Assembly: GCA_016125385.1 (NCBI GenBank)
Contig: WGLV01000039.1
Span: 7,343 to 71,342 of the forward strand
DNA length: 64,000 nt
Direction of reading: 5' to 3'
Source of the DNA: a bacterium
GTDB taxonomy: Bacteria > Hinthialibacterota > Hinthialibacteria > Hinthialibacterales > Hinthialibacteraceae
In this document: positions 41,047-52,965 of the stretch, piece by piece
Layout of the letters: each line of letters opens with the position of its first letter
Numbering within the stretch: position 1 is the first letter of the stretch
Position numbers and translations under genes: made by a program
The notes under the pieces: model-generated
Database searches by the model: none
What the model was told of the DNA's origin: nothing
Seen by the model: the letters and a program-made list of their open reading frames with translations, nothing else

Positions 41047-42489
41047 ATGAAATCCGCAATCACCCGGTCCGGCGCCCATCCGCGTTCTGGTTTGATGTTC
41101 CGCCGCGTCATCGCCGCCTTGTTGTTCGCTCCACTGGCCGCGATGTGCGTTCAGGCGCAGGAGGCTCAGCCGTTGTCGCTCTCTGAGGCGGTGAGCATGG
41201 CGATCGAACAAAACCGCCAGCTGCGGGCCGCGCGTTTTGATGAAGACGCCGCCAACACTTCGACGTGGGAGGCGAAAAGCGCCTACCTGCCATCGATCGA
41301 CTGGGAAAGCACCTATTCCAAATCGGAATCGGACCGCTACAAGTTCGATACGTCGAGCCTGCCGCCCGGTACGGGAGGCGACAGTTTTCAGAAGTTTGGC
41401 TTCACCGGCGCGAATTACACCAATAAATTCGTGCTCCAGCAGCTGATCTTCGACTATTCAGTCATCGGACGTATCAAGCTGACCGATCTGCAGGCGCAGG
41501 CGTCTGAATGGCAGACCACCGGGCAGGAGCAGACCGCCGCGGCGGATGCGGTGATGGCGTATCTCGACGTGTTACGCGCTCAGGAACTGCTGGCCGTTCA
41601 AAAACAACGCCTTCAACTGGCTGAAGAACAACTCGATACCGCCAAGGCCGCGTTTGACGTGGGGATGCGTATCCGCACCGACGTGTTGCGCGCCGAGTTG
41701 ACGCGCTCGTCGGCGATGCGCGACGTGACCTCCGCCGAGATCACGGTCGACCGTGCGTTATCGGTGCTCAATCGCGTGATCGGCGCGCCCTTGCGCTCCA
41801 GGTTTACGGTAGCCAGCGGAGGACTCGCCGATTTCGATCCACCTCAAACCGTGATCGAACGGCTGGACGAGATCGACGCGCTGTATTCAACCGCGGAAGA
41901 AAAAAACCCGTCTATTCAGGTCGCCTCGCTGCTGGTGGCGCAAAGCCAGGAACAGATCAACATCGCGCGCGGCGAATTTTTGCCGCAGGCCAGTCTCGGC
42001 GCTTCGTGGGGTTTTAATGAGTCGGGCGATCCGCGTTTCAAGGATCAGGAATGGACGTTGCGCGGCGTGATTACCATCCCCCTGTTTGAAGGCGGACGTC
42101 GCGTCGCCAAGATGCGGCGCACCCGCGAGCAGCTTTCCGCTGAAGAACAGCGCTATGATGACGCGGTTCGAACCGTGCAGAATATGGTCGAGCAGACCGC
42201 TCTCTCGCTTGAAGAAGAACAGCGCAATCTCGAAATCGCCGAAGAATCCGCTTCTGTGGCGAAAGAGAATCATGAGCGTTTTCAGAACCTGTATAAAGAA
42301 GGCATGGCCGACAGCCTCGACGTCACTCAGTCGATCACCGAACTGGTCGAGGCCGAGAACAACGTGGTAACCACCCGGTACGGCTATCTCAAGTTGTATG
42401 CGCAATTGCTTGAAGGGCTCGGCGCCATTCCGGTGACGGGCGATCAATACGACGAAGGCGCCTGGCTGATGACGCTGCCGAGCGACTGA
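41047..42489 (+). CDS. TolC-family outer-membrane efflux protein.
   Basis: It has a signal peptide. It shows the tandem-repeat alpha-helical barrel pattern with conserved outer-membrane-factor features (LSLSEAVSMAIEQNRQLRAARFDEDAA...; the second repeat LDVLRAQELLAVQKQRLQLAEEQL). A track-start extension to 40996 is unnecessary. Confidence 0.8.
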   Translation: MKSAITRSGAHPRSGLMFRRVIAALLFAPLAAMCVQAQEAQPLSLSEAVSMAIEQNRQLRAARFDEDAANTSTWEAKSAYLPSIDWESTYSKSESDRYKFDTSSLPPGTGGDSFQKFGFTGANYTNKFVLQQLIFDYSVIGRIKLTDLQAQASEWQTTGQEQTAAADAVMAYLDVLRAQELLAVQKQRLQLAEEQLDTAKAAFDVGMRIRTDVLRAELTRSSAMRDVTSAEITVDRALSVLNRVIGAPLRSRFTVASGGLADFDPPQTVIERLDEIDALYSTAEEKNPSIQVASLLVAQSQEQINIARGEFLPQASLGASWGFNESGDPRFKDQEWTLRGVITIPLFEGGRRVAKMRRTREQLSAEEQRYDDAVRTVQNMVEQTALSLEEEQRNLEIAEESASVAKENHERFQNLYKEGMADSLDVTQSITELVEAENNVVTTRYGYLKLYAQLLEGLGAIPVTGDQYDEGAWLMTLPSD

Positions 42490-42499
42490 GAAAACGTAT

Positions 42500-43300
42500 A
42501 TGGCTTCGATGCCCGGCGATTCGGTTTCTATGACGGACAAGGCTTTGCAGGCGCCCGCCTACGTGGCTCGCCTGTGGTTTCTGTTGGTTGAATCGCTGTT
42601 TTATATTTTTGTCGCACCGTGGAAGAACCCCAAATATATCCGCCGCGCCGCCACGGTCAAAATGATGGTGGAGGCCGGCGTACGCTCTCTGCCCATTCTG
42701 CTGCTGATCAATTTTCTGATCGGCGTGATTCTGGCGATGCAGAGCGCGTATCAGTTGCAGAAGTTTGGCGTCGGAGATCTGGTGGCGGGTATCGTGGCGG
42801 TAACCATTTGCCGTGAGATCGGCCCGCTGATTTCCGCCATCATCATTTCAGCGCGGGTCGGCGCCGCCATTACCGCCGAGCTGGGGACGATGGTGGTGGG
42901 TGAAGAGATCATGGCGTTGCAAACCATGGCTCTGCGGCCCATCCCGTTTCTGGTGGCGCCGCGTTTGATTGCGCTCTCGCTGATGTTGCCCTGTCTGACG
43001 GTGATGGCGGATATGATCGGCATGTACGGCGGGTACCTGATCGGGTCATTCGACCTGGGCATGAGCATGCCGCAATACATCAATAACACGACGATGACGT
43101 TAACCCTGCTCGATTTTTATACCGGGCTGATCAAGAGTTTTGGTTTTGGAATGGTGATTTCGCTGGTGTCCTGTCACGAGGGCCTGTCCGTCGAGGGGGG
43201 AGCGGAAGGCGTGGGCGTGGCGACGACGCGTTCGGTGGTGAATTCGATCCTGCTGATCATCATCACCGACCTGATCTTCACGATCATCTTCTATCTGTAA
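42500..43300 (+). CDS. MlaE/YrbE-like ABC permease (phospholipid/lipid-trafficking ABC transporter permease family).
   Basis: 266 aa with 5-6 TM helices. It matches the MlaE consensus (GxxSLPIxxxxxFxGxVLAxQ...EIGPLxxAxxxSxRxGxAxxAExGTMxVxEExDAL). Sequence: GVRSLPILLLINFLIGVILAMQSAY...REIGPLISAIIISARVGAAITAELGTMVVGEEIMAL. Confidence 0.8.
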   Translation: MASMPGDSVSMTDKALQAPAYVARLWFLLVESLFYIFVAPWKNPKYIRRAATVKMMVEAGVRSLPILLLINFLIGVILAMQSAYQLQKFGVGDLVAGIVAVTICREIGPLISAIIISARVGAAITAELGTMVVGEEIMALQTMALRPIPFLVAPRLIALSLMLPCLTVMADMIGMYGGYLIGSFDLGMSMPQYINNTTMTLTLLDFYTGLIKSFGFGMVISLVSCHEGLSVEGGAEGVGVATTRSVVNSILLIIITDLIFTIIFYL

Positions 43301-43338
43301 TATTTTTACTGGACCGCACATTTACCGAAAGAGGATTC

Positions 43339-44274
43339 TTACGGCGTCTGAATCAGCGCGCGGACGTGTTCCACGCACGATGACGCCAACGTCTTGAGGT
43401 TGTAACCGCCTTCCAGCACGGAAACCACCTTCCGGCAACCCGCCGAATCCGCCACGCGAATAATATGGTCAGTCAACTGGTGAAAATGCGGTTCTTCCAG
43501 CAGCCAGCCCCCCAGCGGATCGTTGCGGTGACCATCGAACCCGGCTGAAAACATTACCAGATCCGGCTTGAAGCGGGGCAGCAACGATTCAATCGTGATT
43601 CCCGACGCTTCAACGATCGCCTCGGGGGGCGTATTGGGCGGGAAGGGGAGGTTTTTCGTATATCCTTCCCCGGCGCCTCGGCCGGTTTCATCGGGCGCTC
43701 CCGTACCGGGATAATGGGGAGACTGGTGAATCGAGCAATAAAACACGGAATCGTCTTCGTAAAAGACGTCCTGCGTACCATTGCCGTGATGGACGTCGAA
43801 ATCGAAGATAAATACTTTCGCCAAGCCCAGCTGTTGCGCGTGCCTCGCTCCAATCGCCACGTTATTGAACAGACAGAATCCCATCGCCTTGTCCGGTGTG
43901 GCGTGGTGCCCCGGCGGCCGTGTCGCGGCCAACGCCCGTTCTGAACCGCCCTTCATCACTGAATCAACCGCGTCGATCGCCGCGCCCGCCGACAAACGCG
44001 CTGGTTCAATCGACCCGGGCGAAACCACCGTGTCAGGATCGGCCATGCCGCCGCCTGTCCGCGCCAGTTCGATGATGCGGTCGATATGAGCGCGGGAGTG
44101 AACCAGCGCGAGATCGCCATCGCCTGCGGCGCGCGGCGTTAGCCAGCGAATCTCATCCGCTGAAAAAGTGGTCCGCAACGCGTCGCGCACCGCGTCCATG
44201 CGGGCCGCTTTTTCGGGATGCGCTCCGGTATCGTGCTGTTTGCATCGATCGTCGTGATAGAGAAAAAGCGTCAT
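43339..44274 (-). CDS. Histone-deacetylase-superfamily enzyme (AcuC/acetylpolyamine amidohydrolase-like).
   Basis: RPPGHHA (the catalytic His pair); [12 protein letters not shown] (the D-H zinc ligands); SAGFDGH; EGGY (the catalytic Tyr). These are the canonical class I/II HDAC-fold motifs. Confidence 0.85.
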   Translation of the reverse strand: MTLFLYHDDRCKQHDTGAHPEKAARMDAVRDALRTTFSADEIRWLTPRAAGDGDLALVHSRAHIDRIIELARTGGGMADPDTVVSPGSIEPARLSAGAAIDAVDSVMKGGSERALAATRPPGHHATPDKAMGFCLFNNVAIGARHAQQLGLAKVFIFDFDVHHGNGTQDVFYEDDSVFYCSIHQSPHYPGTGAPDETGRGAGEGYTKNLPFPPNTPPEAIVEASGITIESLLPRFKPDLVMFSAGFDGHRNDPLGGWLLEEPHFHQLTDHIIRVADSAGCRKVVSVLEGGYNLKTLASSCVEHVRALIQTP

Positions 44275-44894
44275 ACTTTGGGCCGGCCTAACAGAGAATT
44301 TTCGCGCAACGAGGGGTAAACTCGCTGCAGCCGATGACGGTCGGCGTGAATGATGTGTTGAATGGCCTGCGCGGCGCGCCCGACGTCGTCGTTTACCAGC
44401 GCATAATGAAACATGCCTATCATGCGCATCTCCGTACAGGCTTCGCTCAGCCGCAGGTCGATGTCGTCGCCGTCGCCGCGCGGCCGGTTGACCAGCCGCT
44501 CTTTCAGCGATTCAAGCGAGGGCGGAAGAAGATAGATCAGAATCGCGTCTTCAAAATGGGCGCGGACCGCCGATGCGCCCTGCAGGTCGATGTCGAGCAC
44601 GACGTCGCGGCCTGCGTTGAAATTTTCTTCCAGAAAGGCGAGCGGCGTACCGTAGTAATTCCCGTACACCTCAGCCCATTCGACCAGTTCGTGGCGGCGG
44701 ATGGCGTCTTCAAAACGCGGGCGGTCAACGAAAAAATAACTCACGCCTTCCGTTTCGCCGGGCCGCGCGGGCCGTGTGGTCATCGAGACCGAATGAACCA
44801 CGCCCGGATCGCGGCGCATCATTTCAGCGATTACCGTGCCCTTGCCTACGCCGGAAGGACCGGTCACTACGATGGGGACGCCACGAAGCGGCAT
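44271..44894 (-). CDS. gmk: Guanylate kinase.
   Basis: The P-loop is [31 protein letters not shown] and the YGNYYGT GMP-binding region match Gmk. Its stop overlaps the HDAC-like start. Confidence 0.9.
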   Translation of the reverse strand: MPLRGVPIVVTGPSGVGKGTVIAEMMRRDPGVVHSVSMTTRPARPGETEGVSYFFVDRPRFEDAIRRHELVEWAEVYGNYYGTPLAFLEENFNAGRDVVLDIDLQGASAVRAHFEDAILIYLLPPSLESLKERLVNRPRGDGDDIDLRLSEACTEMRMIGMFHYALVNDDVGRAAQAIQHIIHADRHRLQRVYPSLRENSLLGRPKV

Positions 44895-44913
44895 GCTGCG
44901 CTCCAGTTCAGAG

Positions 44914-46401
<1,488 letters not shown>

Positions 46402-46537
46402 TTCGATCCCCTCGCGTTACTCATCAAAAAACGAAAACATTGAACGCCAAAGTAGCATCCAATCAGGAAAAAATCTGATAAGCGCTCTAAATGGAATTGA
46501 ATCTGTTCCGTAACATTACCGTGAAATGGTGTGGAAA

Positions 46538-46602
46538 CGAAGAAGAATTTTTCTTCGCAATCCGCATTGCGAAAAGAGGCCCCGTGGATCCACGAGGCCT
46601 CT
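46538..46602 (-). terminator. Tandem hairpins downstream of the FG-GAP gene: a 30-nt near-perfect palindrome centred on GGATCC, plus a CGAAGAA/TTCTTCG stem-loop.
   Basis: AAGAGGCCCCGTGGATCCACGAGGCCTCTT (15-bp arms, one mismatch) at ~46573-46602. CGAAGAAgaatttTTCTTCG at ~46538-46557. On the minus strand the second hairpin is followed by a U-rich stretch. Confidence 0.5.
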
Positions 46603-46631
46603 TCAGACGCTATCGGAACAATCAATCAGGT

Positions 46632-48572
46632 TTACTGCATCGCGCAGCCCGCCACCGCCACCGAGGCGCTCAGCGGTTCGTACTCTCCCTGAAAGGCGGA
46701 GAACCCTTCCGCTCGATTGGCGATGACCAGATTGGATACGGATAACACCGCTCCATCTGGATCGAACACGGGCGATAGTACGGAGAAGGCCGACATCAGG
46801 GGGGAGTGAGTGATTCCGGCTTGCGTCCCATGATAACTCAAAATGGCCTGCGTCCCCGCGATTAATTCGAGGCCGTCGCCCGCGAAGCCGGAAAACTCGC
46901 CGACGCCGAGGCTGACCGCGTTTGATGGATTCGCGCCGGACGGCTCGGAAAACGCGCCCAGAATGGACCCGCTTTTGATTTCAAATCCAGCCACGCGGCC
47001 GTTCTGGACGACGGGTTGCAAGATCGCGATCCAGTTTTTGATCCCGGATGCTCCCGATGAGTCGCCCTGACTGGAAACGATCAGTTCGGGCTTTCCGTCG
47101 CCGTTGAGATCGCCGCAGGCGAGGTTGACGCCGCCGTCGCCGCGCATGCCTTTATAGATGTCCGATTGGCTTTCCAGTTCATCGAACAGGTTGTATTCAA
47201 AATACGATGCGTCGAAGACGACGTTGCCGATCAGGGGGTTGGGCTCGCCGAAATCCAGCACCTGGATGGTCCCGCGCGAGGTCGGGCTGCTGGTCTGTCC
47301 GACGATCAGTTCATCCTTTCCGTCGCCGTCGAGATCGCCCGCCGCGAGGCTGACGCCCCGGTTGGCGTTCTGGCTCCATGCGCCGCTGAATTCATCGCTG
47401 AGGGCAAGCCCGCTGTCGATGTTGTATTCCGGCATCTTTGTACCAAACAACTGGCCCACCACGTCCCACGAATTCTGGGGATTCTCGTAATCCTTGTTTC
47501 CGTTGTATTGAATCAGCCGGATGACGCCGTTTCCATCCAGCCCCTGCGCCAGCGCCAGCTGGTTGTTCGTAGCCGAACCGATGAAATTCCCCACGGCGGC
47601 GGTCAGCTCGCCGGTGGGGTAGTTGACGATGGAGCCGGGTTCGTCGGTGCGGTAGATTCCACCGTCGGGCGGCAGCGGCACGGCGCCGGTCGCGCTGCGA
47701 ACGATGAACATGTTGGCTGAATTAGGGGTGAACGCTCTGGTCACGGGGCCGAAGGTCGTCACCAGTTCGGAGACGCCGTCTCCATCCAGATCGCCGGAGG
47801 TCAAATGCACGTCCCGGTCGGTTCCCCCTCCGACAATGGCTTCATACGCGGCGGGCATGGCTTCCCATGAGGCGATGATGCCGAGCCGGTCGTTGACGTT
47901 GACCTGATTATCTCCGTTGAAGTCGATGGTCGAGTCCACCGTGCGGGCGTGAACGATGCTCGATCCGCCGTACCCCTGCGCGACCATCGCCGCGCCGAAA
48001 TGCTGGCGTTCAACGCGTAGCGTGATGACGAGGTCGGTTATTTGAATCGGCAAACGATTATCGCTGAAACGGAATATGATCTGCGTATCCCCAAGCAACT
48101 CTTCCGTCCCGGTAATTTGGTAGGCTCCGGTGGTGTAGGGCCCGATGCGTGAAAATTCAGAAAATCGGCCAAGGTCGTCTGGGAACAGTTGTACGGATAC
48201 GCCGTTGCCGTCGGGGTCTTCCGCGCCAACCAGAAATTCAACCGTCTGCCCGACTCCGGCGGTTACGAGATACTGGCTTGCCGCGACGCGAGGCGGATGG
48301 TTGATCGGAGGTGTCGGAGTTGGGGTATTCGTGGGCGTCGCGGTCGGCGATTCGGGAGTCGGCGTTCGATATACGGTCGGCGTGGCTGTTTTCGTTGGCC
48401 AGATGATGTTCGTTGGTGTGGCGGTGGGCGTTTCGCTGAGAGGGAGGAGCGCTTGATGCTCGCTCGGCGCAGGGCCGGGCGTGGCGGTGTTTCCGCTCAA
48501 GCAGAATGGGATGACGGTCAAAACGGTGAATGTAAGTAGAAATGCGCTGGTAAGTGTTTTTCTGAATTCCAT
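46632..48572 (-). CDS. Secreted FG-GAP/VCBS-repeat (integrin-alpha-like beta-propeller) protein with a Pro/Thr-rich linker.
   Basis: The signal peptide is MEFRKTLTSAFLLTFTVLTVIPFCLSG. The PT linker is PTATPTNIIWPTKTATPTVYRTPTPESPTATPTNTPTPTPP. Repeated FG-GAP Ca-binding motifs are present (TSGDLDGDGVSELV; AAGDLDGDGKDELIVG; CGDLNGDGKPELIVS; FAGDGLELIAG). Confidence 0.8.
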   Translation of the reverse strand: MEFRKTLTSAFLLTFTVLTVIPFCLSGNTATPGPAPSEHQALLPLSETPTATPTNIIWPTKTATPTVYRTPTPESPTATPTNTPTPTPPINHPPRVAASQYLVTAGVGQTVEFLVGAEDPDGNGVSVQLFPDDLGRFSEFSRIGPYTTGAYQITGTEELLGDTQIIFRFSDNRLPIQITDLVITLRVERQHFGAAMVAQGYGGSSIVHARTVDSTIDFNGDNQVNVNDRLGIIASWEAMPAAYEAIVGGGTDRDVHLTSGDLDGDGVSELVTTFGPVTRAFTPNSANMFIVRSATGAVPLPPDGGIYRTDEPGSIVNYPTGELTAAVGNFIGSATNNQLALAQGLDGNGVIRLIQYNGNKDYENPQNSWDVVGQLFGTKMPEYNIDSGLALSDEFSGAWSQNANRGVSLAAGDLDGDGKDELIVGQTSSPTSRGTIQVLDFGEPNPLIGNVVFDASYFEYNLFDELESQSDIYKGMRGDGGVNLACGDLNGDGKPELIVSSQGDSSGASGIKNWIAILQPVVQNGRVAGFEIKSGSILGAFSEPSGANPSNAVSLGVGEFSGFAGDGLELIAGTQAILSYHGTQAGITHSPLMSAFSVLSPVFDPDGAVLSVSNLVIANRAEGFSAFQGEYEPLSASVAVAGCAMQ

Positions 48573-49015
48573 GGTTTGCATGAGCCGTGAATCTCCTCCA
48601 GGCGATATCAGATTCGCTTCGCGGTTTGATGAGACCGATATCAGGTATCGGGTAAAAGAAAACATATCTCTGTAAATGTATCATGGGAGTCTACATTTGT
48701 AAGCACATTTTTGAAAGAATCTTCCCCTTACTTCGGCCTGAACGGAAAAAGCGGTAACAATCACCGTAACGAATCGTATATTTCTGAAGATATAGGCGCG
48801 GATGAGCGGTCCGCGGGAGCCGTCTTCCTCTGCCGTCTCGAATCAACCCGCGATATGCTATACTTTCTGGTTGGCGATACGCGCCTGTTTATTGATTCCA
48901 CCGGTTTGATCGTGCGCGGCGCCGCTTCATCGCCATGCCGGGCCGGTTCCCCCGCCGCCGCGTCATGGCGCGGGGGTGATTCCACCAACGAAACCTGACT
49001 GGACGGGATTCCACT

Positions 49016-51592
49016 ATGTCGCTTGTCGGACTGGCTTTAAAAAAAATATTCGGTACCAAACAACAGCGCGATATGCGCCGCTACGCGCCGATGGTGCAGG
49101 CGATTAACGATCTCGAAGAATGGACGACCGGTTTGTCGGACGGCGAACTGCGCCAGCAGACCGACGTCTTCAAACAACGCCTTCAGGATGGTGAAACCCT
49201 GCTCGACCTGCTGCCCGAAGCGTTCGCGGTAGTGCGTGAAACCGGAAAACGCGTACTGAAGATGCGCCACTTTGACGTTCAGTTGATCGGCGGCATCACC
49301 CTGTTTGAAGGCAAGATCGCTGAGATGGCCACCGGCGAAGGCAAAACGCTGGCCGCGACCCTGCCGGCCTATCTCCACGGCATTACCGGGCGTGGCGTCC
49401 ACGTCGTCACCGTCAACGATTATCTCGCCCGCCGCGATATGGAATGGATGGCGCCGATTTATGAGACGCTCGGCTTGACCATGGGCGTTATTCAACACGA
49501 TCTCGACTTCGATGAACGCCGCGCCTCTTACGCCGCCGACATCACCTATGGAACCAATAACGAATTCGGCTTCGATTATCTTCGCGACAACATGGCGATC
49601 TCGAAAGACCACTGCGTCCAGCGCAAGCTCTACTACGCCATCGTCGACGAAGTCGACAGCATCCTCATCGACGAAGCGCGCACCCCGCTGATCATCTCCG
49701 GTCCGGCTGAAGCCTCGACCGACAAGTATTACACCGTCGACCGCGCGGTGAGACAGCTGGTCAAGGAGCAGGATTTCACCGTCGATGAGAAAGACCAGCA
49801 TGTCACGATGACCGAGGCGGGCTCTGAAAAAGTCCAACGCCTGCTCAACGCCAACATCTTCGACGAACAGAATCTCGACCTGGTTCACCACATCAATCAG
49901 GCGCTGAAAGCCCATCACCTGTTTTTGCGCGACGATCGCTATATGGTCGAAGACGGCGAAGTGGTGATCGTCGATGAATTCACCGGACGCAAGATGCCGG
50001 GCCGTCGCTACAGCGACGGCCTTCACCAGGCGCTTGAAGCGAAAGAAGGCCTCAAGATTCAGCGTGAAAACCAGACGCTGGCCACCATCACCTTTCAGAA
50101 TTACTTCCGCTTATATGAAGTGCTTTCCGGTATGACCGGAACCGCCGATACCGAGGCGGAGGAATTCGCCGAGATCTATAAACTCGACGTGGTAGTGATT
50201 CCCACCAACAAGCCGATGATCCGTCAGGACAACCCCGACGCGGTCTATAAAACCATCAAGGAAAAATATCACGCGCTGATCGATGAGATCGCCGAATGTC
50301 ACGCCCAGGGCCAGCCGGTTCTGGTGGGTACGGTATCAATCGAAAAATCTGAAAAAGTATCGTCGATGCTCAAAAAACGCGGCATCCCTCACCACGTGCT
50401 CAACGCCAAGTATCACGAACGCGAGGCGGAGATCGTGGCCGAGGCGGGCCAGCGCGGCGCGGTGACCATCGCCACCAACATGGCGGGCCGCGGAACCGAC
50501 ATCAAACTTGGCGAGGGCGTCGTTGATCTCGGCGGCTTGAACATCGTCGGCACCGAACGCCATGAAAGCCGCCGTATCGACAACCAGTTGCGCGGGCGGT
50601 CCGGACGTCAGGGCGACCCCGGTGCGTCGCGATTTTTCCTCTCGCTTGAAGATGATCTGATGCGCATCTTCGGTGGCGAGCGCATCAAGTCCCTCGCCGA
50701 ACGTTTCGGCATGCAGGAAGGCGAGGTGCTTGAACACGGCATGGTGTCCAAAGCCATCGCCAACGCCCAGAAGCGCGTTGAAGCCCACAACTTCGATATT
50801 CGAAAACACATCCTCAAATATGACGACGTGATGAACAAGCAGCGTGAGGTCATCTATGGCATTCGCCAGGACCTGCTGCATAATGAAAATCCCGAAGAAC
50901 ACTTCCGCGCCATGGTCGACGAAGTGATTGAACACATTATCGACGTGTGCTTCGGCGATTTCCGCGACGGCGACTCGTGGGAACTCGATCATCTCAAAGA
51001 CAACCTGCGCAACCACTTCGGCCTGATAGTTCCATTTGGAACGGACGTCGACGCCTGGCTGGAGATCGAGCCGGGCATGCGGCGCGATGAAGTGTTCGAT
51101 GCCATCCACAACAAGGTGAAAGAACGTTTTACCCAGCGCATGGAGAAATTTGGCGAAGAACTGGGCAAGTGGCTGCTCTCCATCATCATGCTGCGCACGG
51201 TCGACGCCCGCTGGAAAGAACATCTCTATGCGATGGATCACCTGAAGGATTCCGTCGGCCTGCGAGCGTACGGACAGAAAGACCCGTTGCAGGAATACCA
51301 GCGCGAAGGGTACGCGATGTTCGAGAGTATGTATTTCAGCATTCAGGAACAGAGCGTGACTTCGTGGTTCCACGTCGAGATCGCCGACCGTGCTCAGGCT
51401 GAACAGCTGCGGCCCAAACAACAGGTTACCGCCACCAATCAGGGCGGCGATTCGGCCTCGCGGCCGCGCCGGACTGCGGGCGGCGGAGCGGCCAAGCAGA
51501 CAAAGGTCGGCCGTAACGATCCCTGCCCCTGCGGCAGCGGCAAAAAATACAAAAAGTGTTGTATGATGAAAGAGGCCGCCGGCGTCAACTAG
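49016..51592 (+). CDS. secA: Preprotein translocase ATPase SecA.
   Basis: 858 aa. The DEAD-like motor has Walker [10 protein letters not shown] and Walker [22 protein letters not shown]. The C-terminal zinc finger is [13 protein letters not shown]. Confidence 0.95.
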   Translation: MSLVGLALKKIFGTKQQRDMRRYAPMVQAINDLEEWTTGLSDGELRQQTDVFKQRLQDGETLLDLLPEAFAVVRETGKRVLKMRHFDVQLIGGITLFEGKIAEMATGEGKTLAATLPAYLHGITGRGVHVVTVNDYLARRDMEWMAPIYETLGLTMGVIQHDLDFDERRASYAADITYGTNNEFGFDYLRDNMAISKDHCVQRKLYYAIVDEVDSILIDEARTPLIISGPAEASTDKYYTVDRAVRQLVKEQDFTVDEKDQHVTMTEAGSEKVQRLLNANIFDEQNLDLVHHINQALKAHHLFLRDDRYMVEDGEVVIVDEFTGRKMPGRRYSDGLHQALEAKEGLKIQRENQTLATITFQNYFRLYEVLSGMTGTADTEAEEFAEIYKLDVVVIPTNKPMIRQDNPDAVYKTIKEKYHALIDEIAECHAQGQPVLVGTVSIEKSEKVSSMLKKRGIPHHVLNAKYHEREAEIVAEAGQRGAVTIATNMAGRGTDIKLGEGVVDLGGLNIVGTERHESRRIDNQLRGRSGRQGDPGASRFFLSLEDDLMRIFGGERIKSLAERFGMQEGEVLEHGMVSKAIANAQKRVEAHNFDIRKHILKYDDVMNKQREVIYGIRQDLLHNENPEEHFRAMVDEVIEHIIDVCFGDFRDGDSWELDHLKDNLRNHFGLIVPFGTDVDAWLEIEPGMRRDEVFDAIHNKVKERFTQRMEKFGEELGKWLLSIIMLRTVDARWKEHLYAMDHLKDSVGLRAYGQKDPLQEYQREGYAMFESMYFSIQEQSVTSWFHVEIADRAQAEQLRPKQQVTATNQGGDSASRPRRTAGGGAAKQTKVGRNDPCPCGSGKKYKKCCMMKEAAGVN

Positions 51593-51680
51593 CGGCCAGC
51601 GGCCGGGGCGTATTTCGGGGTTTTACGCGTTTAGCGTTCCCGTTGGCCGCTGAGGTAATCGGGATTGAGCGGTGTTTCCT

Positions 51681-51810
51681 CCCCCAAAGTTTGGGGGAAG
51701 TGCAGGAGAGGGGCTCGGCAAACGCTATGTTACCGAAAAAGGTTCTCCCCCCGTCTTACACCCGCCTTGGAAATTCATAAACAGCGGGGGCGGGTTTGAA
51801 ACTCGCCCCC
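51681..51810. other. Structured secA 3' region with two GC-rich hairpins: the perfect palindrome CCCCCAAAGTTTGGGGG, and GGGGGCG-N11-CGCCCCC followed by a T-rich tail.
   Basis: Hairpin 1 is at ~51681-51697. Hairpin 2 is at ~51786-51810, followed by gattgtttgagtttcag. Hairpin 2 looks like a bidirectional intrinsic terminator. Hairpin 1 is unexplained. Confidence 0.4.
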
Positions 51811-51846
51811 GATTGTTTGAGTTTCAGCGTTCATCGAAAAACACGT

Positions 51847-52410
51847 CTAAAATCCGCCGGAATGATGCGTCCATGCCCGGGTCGCCGTATTCGGATTGGC
51901 TTCAGGCAAAATCTTCTCAATCGCTTTCGCCAGTTTTTTCGGATCCTGCGATCCGATTAACAGGTACTTCCCGTCTTCATAATGCAGCCTCACGCCCTGA
52001 TCGCCGGATACGTTATACGCCATGCCATGCGGACCGTATTGAATTCCCCAGCCTCCGTATTCCTGAATGGGCCGGTAGGTACAGGCTTCGACTCGCGTCA
52101 CGTTGTCTAGAGAAATTCTGATTTTCCACCAGTGAAAGGGAATCCACTGGATGTACAGGCCATCGCGCCGGACGGTGGTATTCATGTGCATGAGGAAGAG
52201 CGCAATCCCGCCGATCGCCTCGCCGAACAGACACCAGCCAATGGAATGGAGAGGTTGCGTCCAACTGACCGGTTCGGGGTGATTCTGTATCGCGAATGTG
52301 ACCAGAATGATAATGGGGCCGATGAGAAAGACGCTGATAATAAATAACCAGAACCAGAATTTTCGCATGTACTGCGATTCATGGAATAGAACTGTGTCTG
52401 AAGCGCTCAT
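51847..52410 (-). CDS. Membrane-anchored protein with two N-terminal TM helices and a C-terminal bacterial PH-like (bPH/DUF304-type) domain; paralog A.
   Basis: LFHESQYMRKFWFWLFIISVFLIGP...RRDGLYIQWIPF...RVEACTYRPIQEYGGWGIQYGPHGMAYNVSGDQGVRLHYEDGKYLLIGSQDPKKLAKAIEKI. It shares the full architecture with the adjacent paralog. Confidence 0.6.
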   Translation of the reverse strand: MSASDTVLFHESQYMRKFWFWLFIISVFLIGPIIILVTFAIQNHPEPVSWTQPLHSIGWCLFGEAIGGIALFLMHMNTTVRRDGLYIQWIPFHWWKIRISLDNVTRVEACTYRPIQEYGGWGIQYGPHGMAYNVSGDQGVRLHYEDGKYLLIGSQDPKKLAKAIEKILPEANPNTATRAWTHHSGGF

Positions 52411-52440
52411 GATGAATATCCGTGGAACGGTTGTTCGCGA

Positions 52441-52953
52441 TCATGCTTCAGTGATCGACTGAATGGCTTTCTGCAATTTCTTCGCATCCTGAGAGCCGAT
52501 TAGAATTTTCTTCCCGTCCTCATACTCCAGCTGGACGCCTTCGTTGCCGGAGACGTTATAGGCGGTTCCATTGCGAAACGTGAATCGGATTCCCCAGCCG
52601 CCGTATTCCCAGATCGGGCTGTAGGTACGCGCTTCACAACGCGTCAGCCGATGGGTGGAAATCTCTTTCGTTGAAAACTGGAGAGGAAAGAACTGGATGT
52701 AGAGGCCGTCTTTGCGCACCTCGGTGGTCAACTTCATCGTCAGCATCAACAGAATTACGATGAGCCCTATCCCGCCGGTGATCGCTAAATTGAACAATAA
52801 CTCGTTCATCGAACGGCTTTCGGGGGCTTTGTTGATAAAATCGAAGATCGAGCCGCCCAACGCGCTTCCAAAAGAGATTGTGATAATCAGCCACAACCAC
52901 CATTGTCTGAAATACTGAACTTCCCTGAACAGCGGTTTCTCCGATGATGACAT
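52441..52953 (-). CDS. Membrane-anchored PH-like domain protein; paralog B (tandem duplicate).
   Basis: LFREVQYFRQWWLWLIITISF...RKDGLYIQFFPL...RCEARTYSPIWEYGGWGIRFTFRNGTAYNVSGNEGVQLEYEDGKKILIGSQDAKKLQKAIQSI. It is ~45% identical to paralog A across the TM-plus-PH domains. Confidence 0.6.
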   Translation of the reverse strand: MSSSEKPLFREVQYFRQWWLWLIITISFGSALGGSIFDFINKAPESRSMNELLFNLAITGGIGLIVILLMLTMKLTTEVRKDGLYIQFFPLQFSTKEISTHRLTRCEARTYSPIWEYGGWGIRFTFRNGTAYNVSGNEGVQLEYEDGKKILIGSQDAKKLQKAIQSITEA

Positions 52954-52965
52954 GGCGGTTCTCTC

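Noticed and set aside
46402-46571. A possible c-di-AMP (ydaO-type) riboswitch in the trkH leader.
   Set aside because: The leader does not show the pseudo-two-fold-symmetric conserved helices or ACGGGGA/CCCA blocks that I would expect. Only the terminator hairpins of the upstream FG-GAP gene and a plausible promoter/RBS are visible.
48290-48440. Short direct nucleotide repeats (gtcggcg / gtgggcgt units) that could be mistaken for a repeat array.
   Set aside because: They lie inside the FG-GAP gene and simply encode the Pro/Thr-rich linker. There are no spacer-repeat periodicity or CRISPR features.
51556-52121. Plus-strand ORFs 51556..51780 and 51672..52121 across the secA 3' region.
   Set aside because: They overlap the secA stop and the hairpin-rich intergenic region and run antisense into the PH-like gene. 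They have low-complexity products and no start context.
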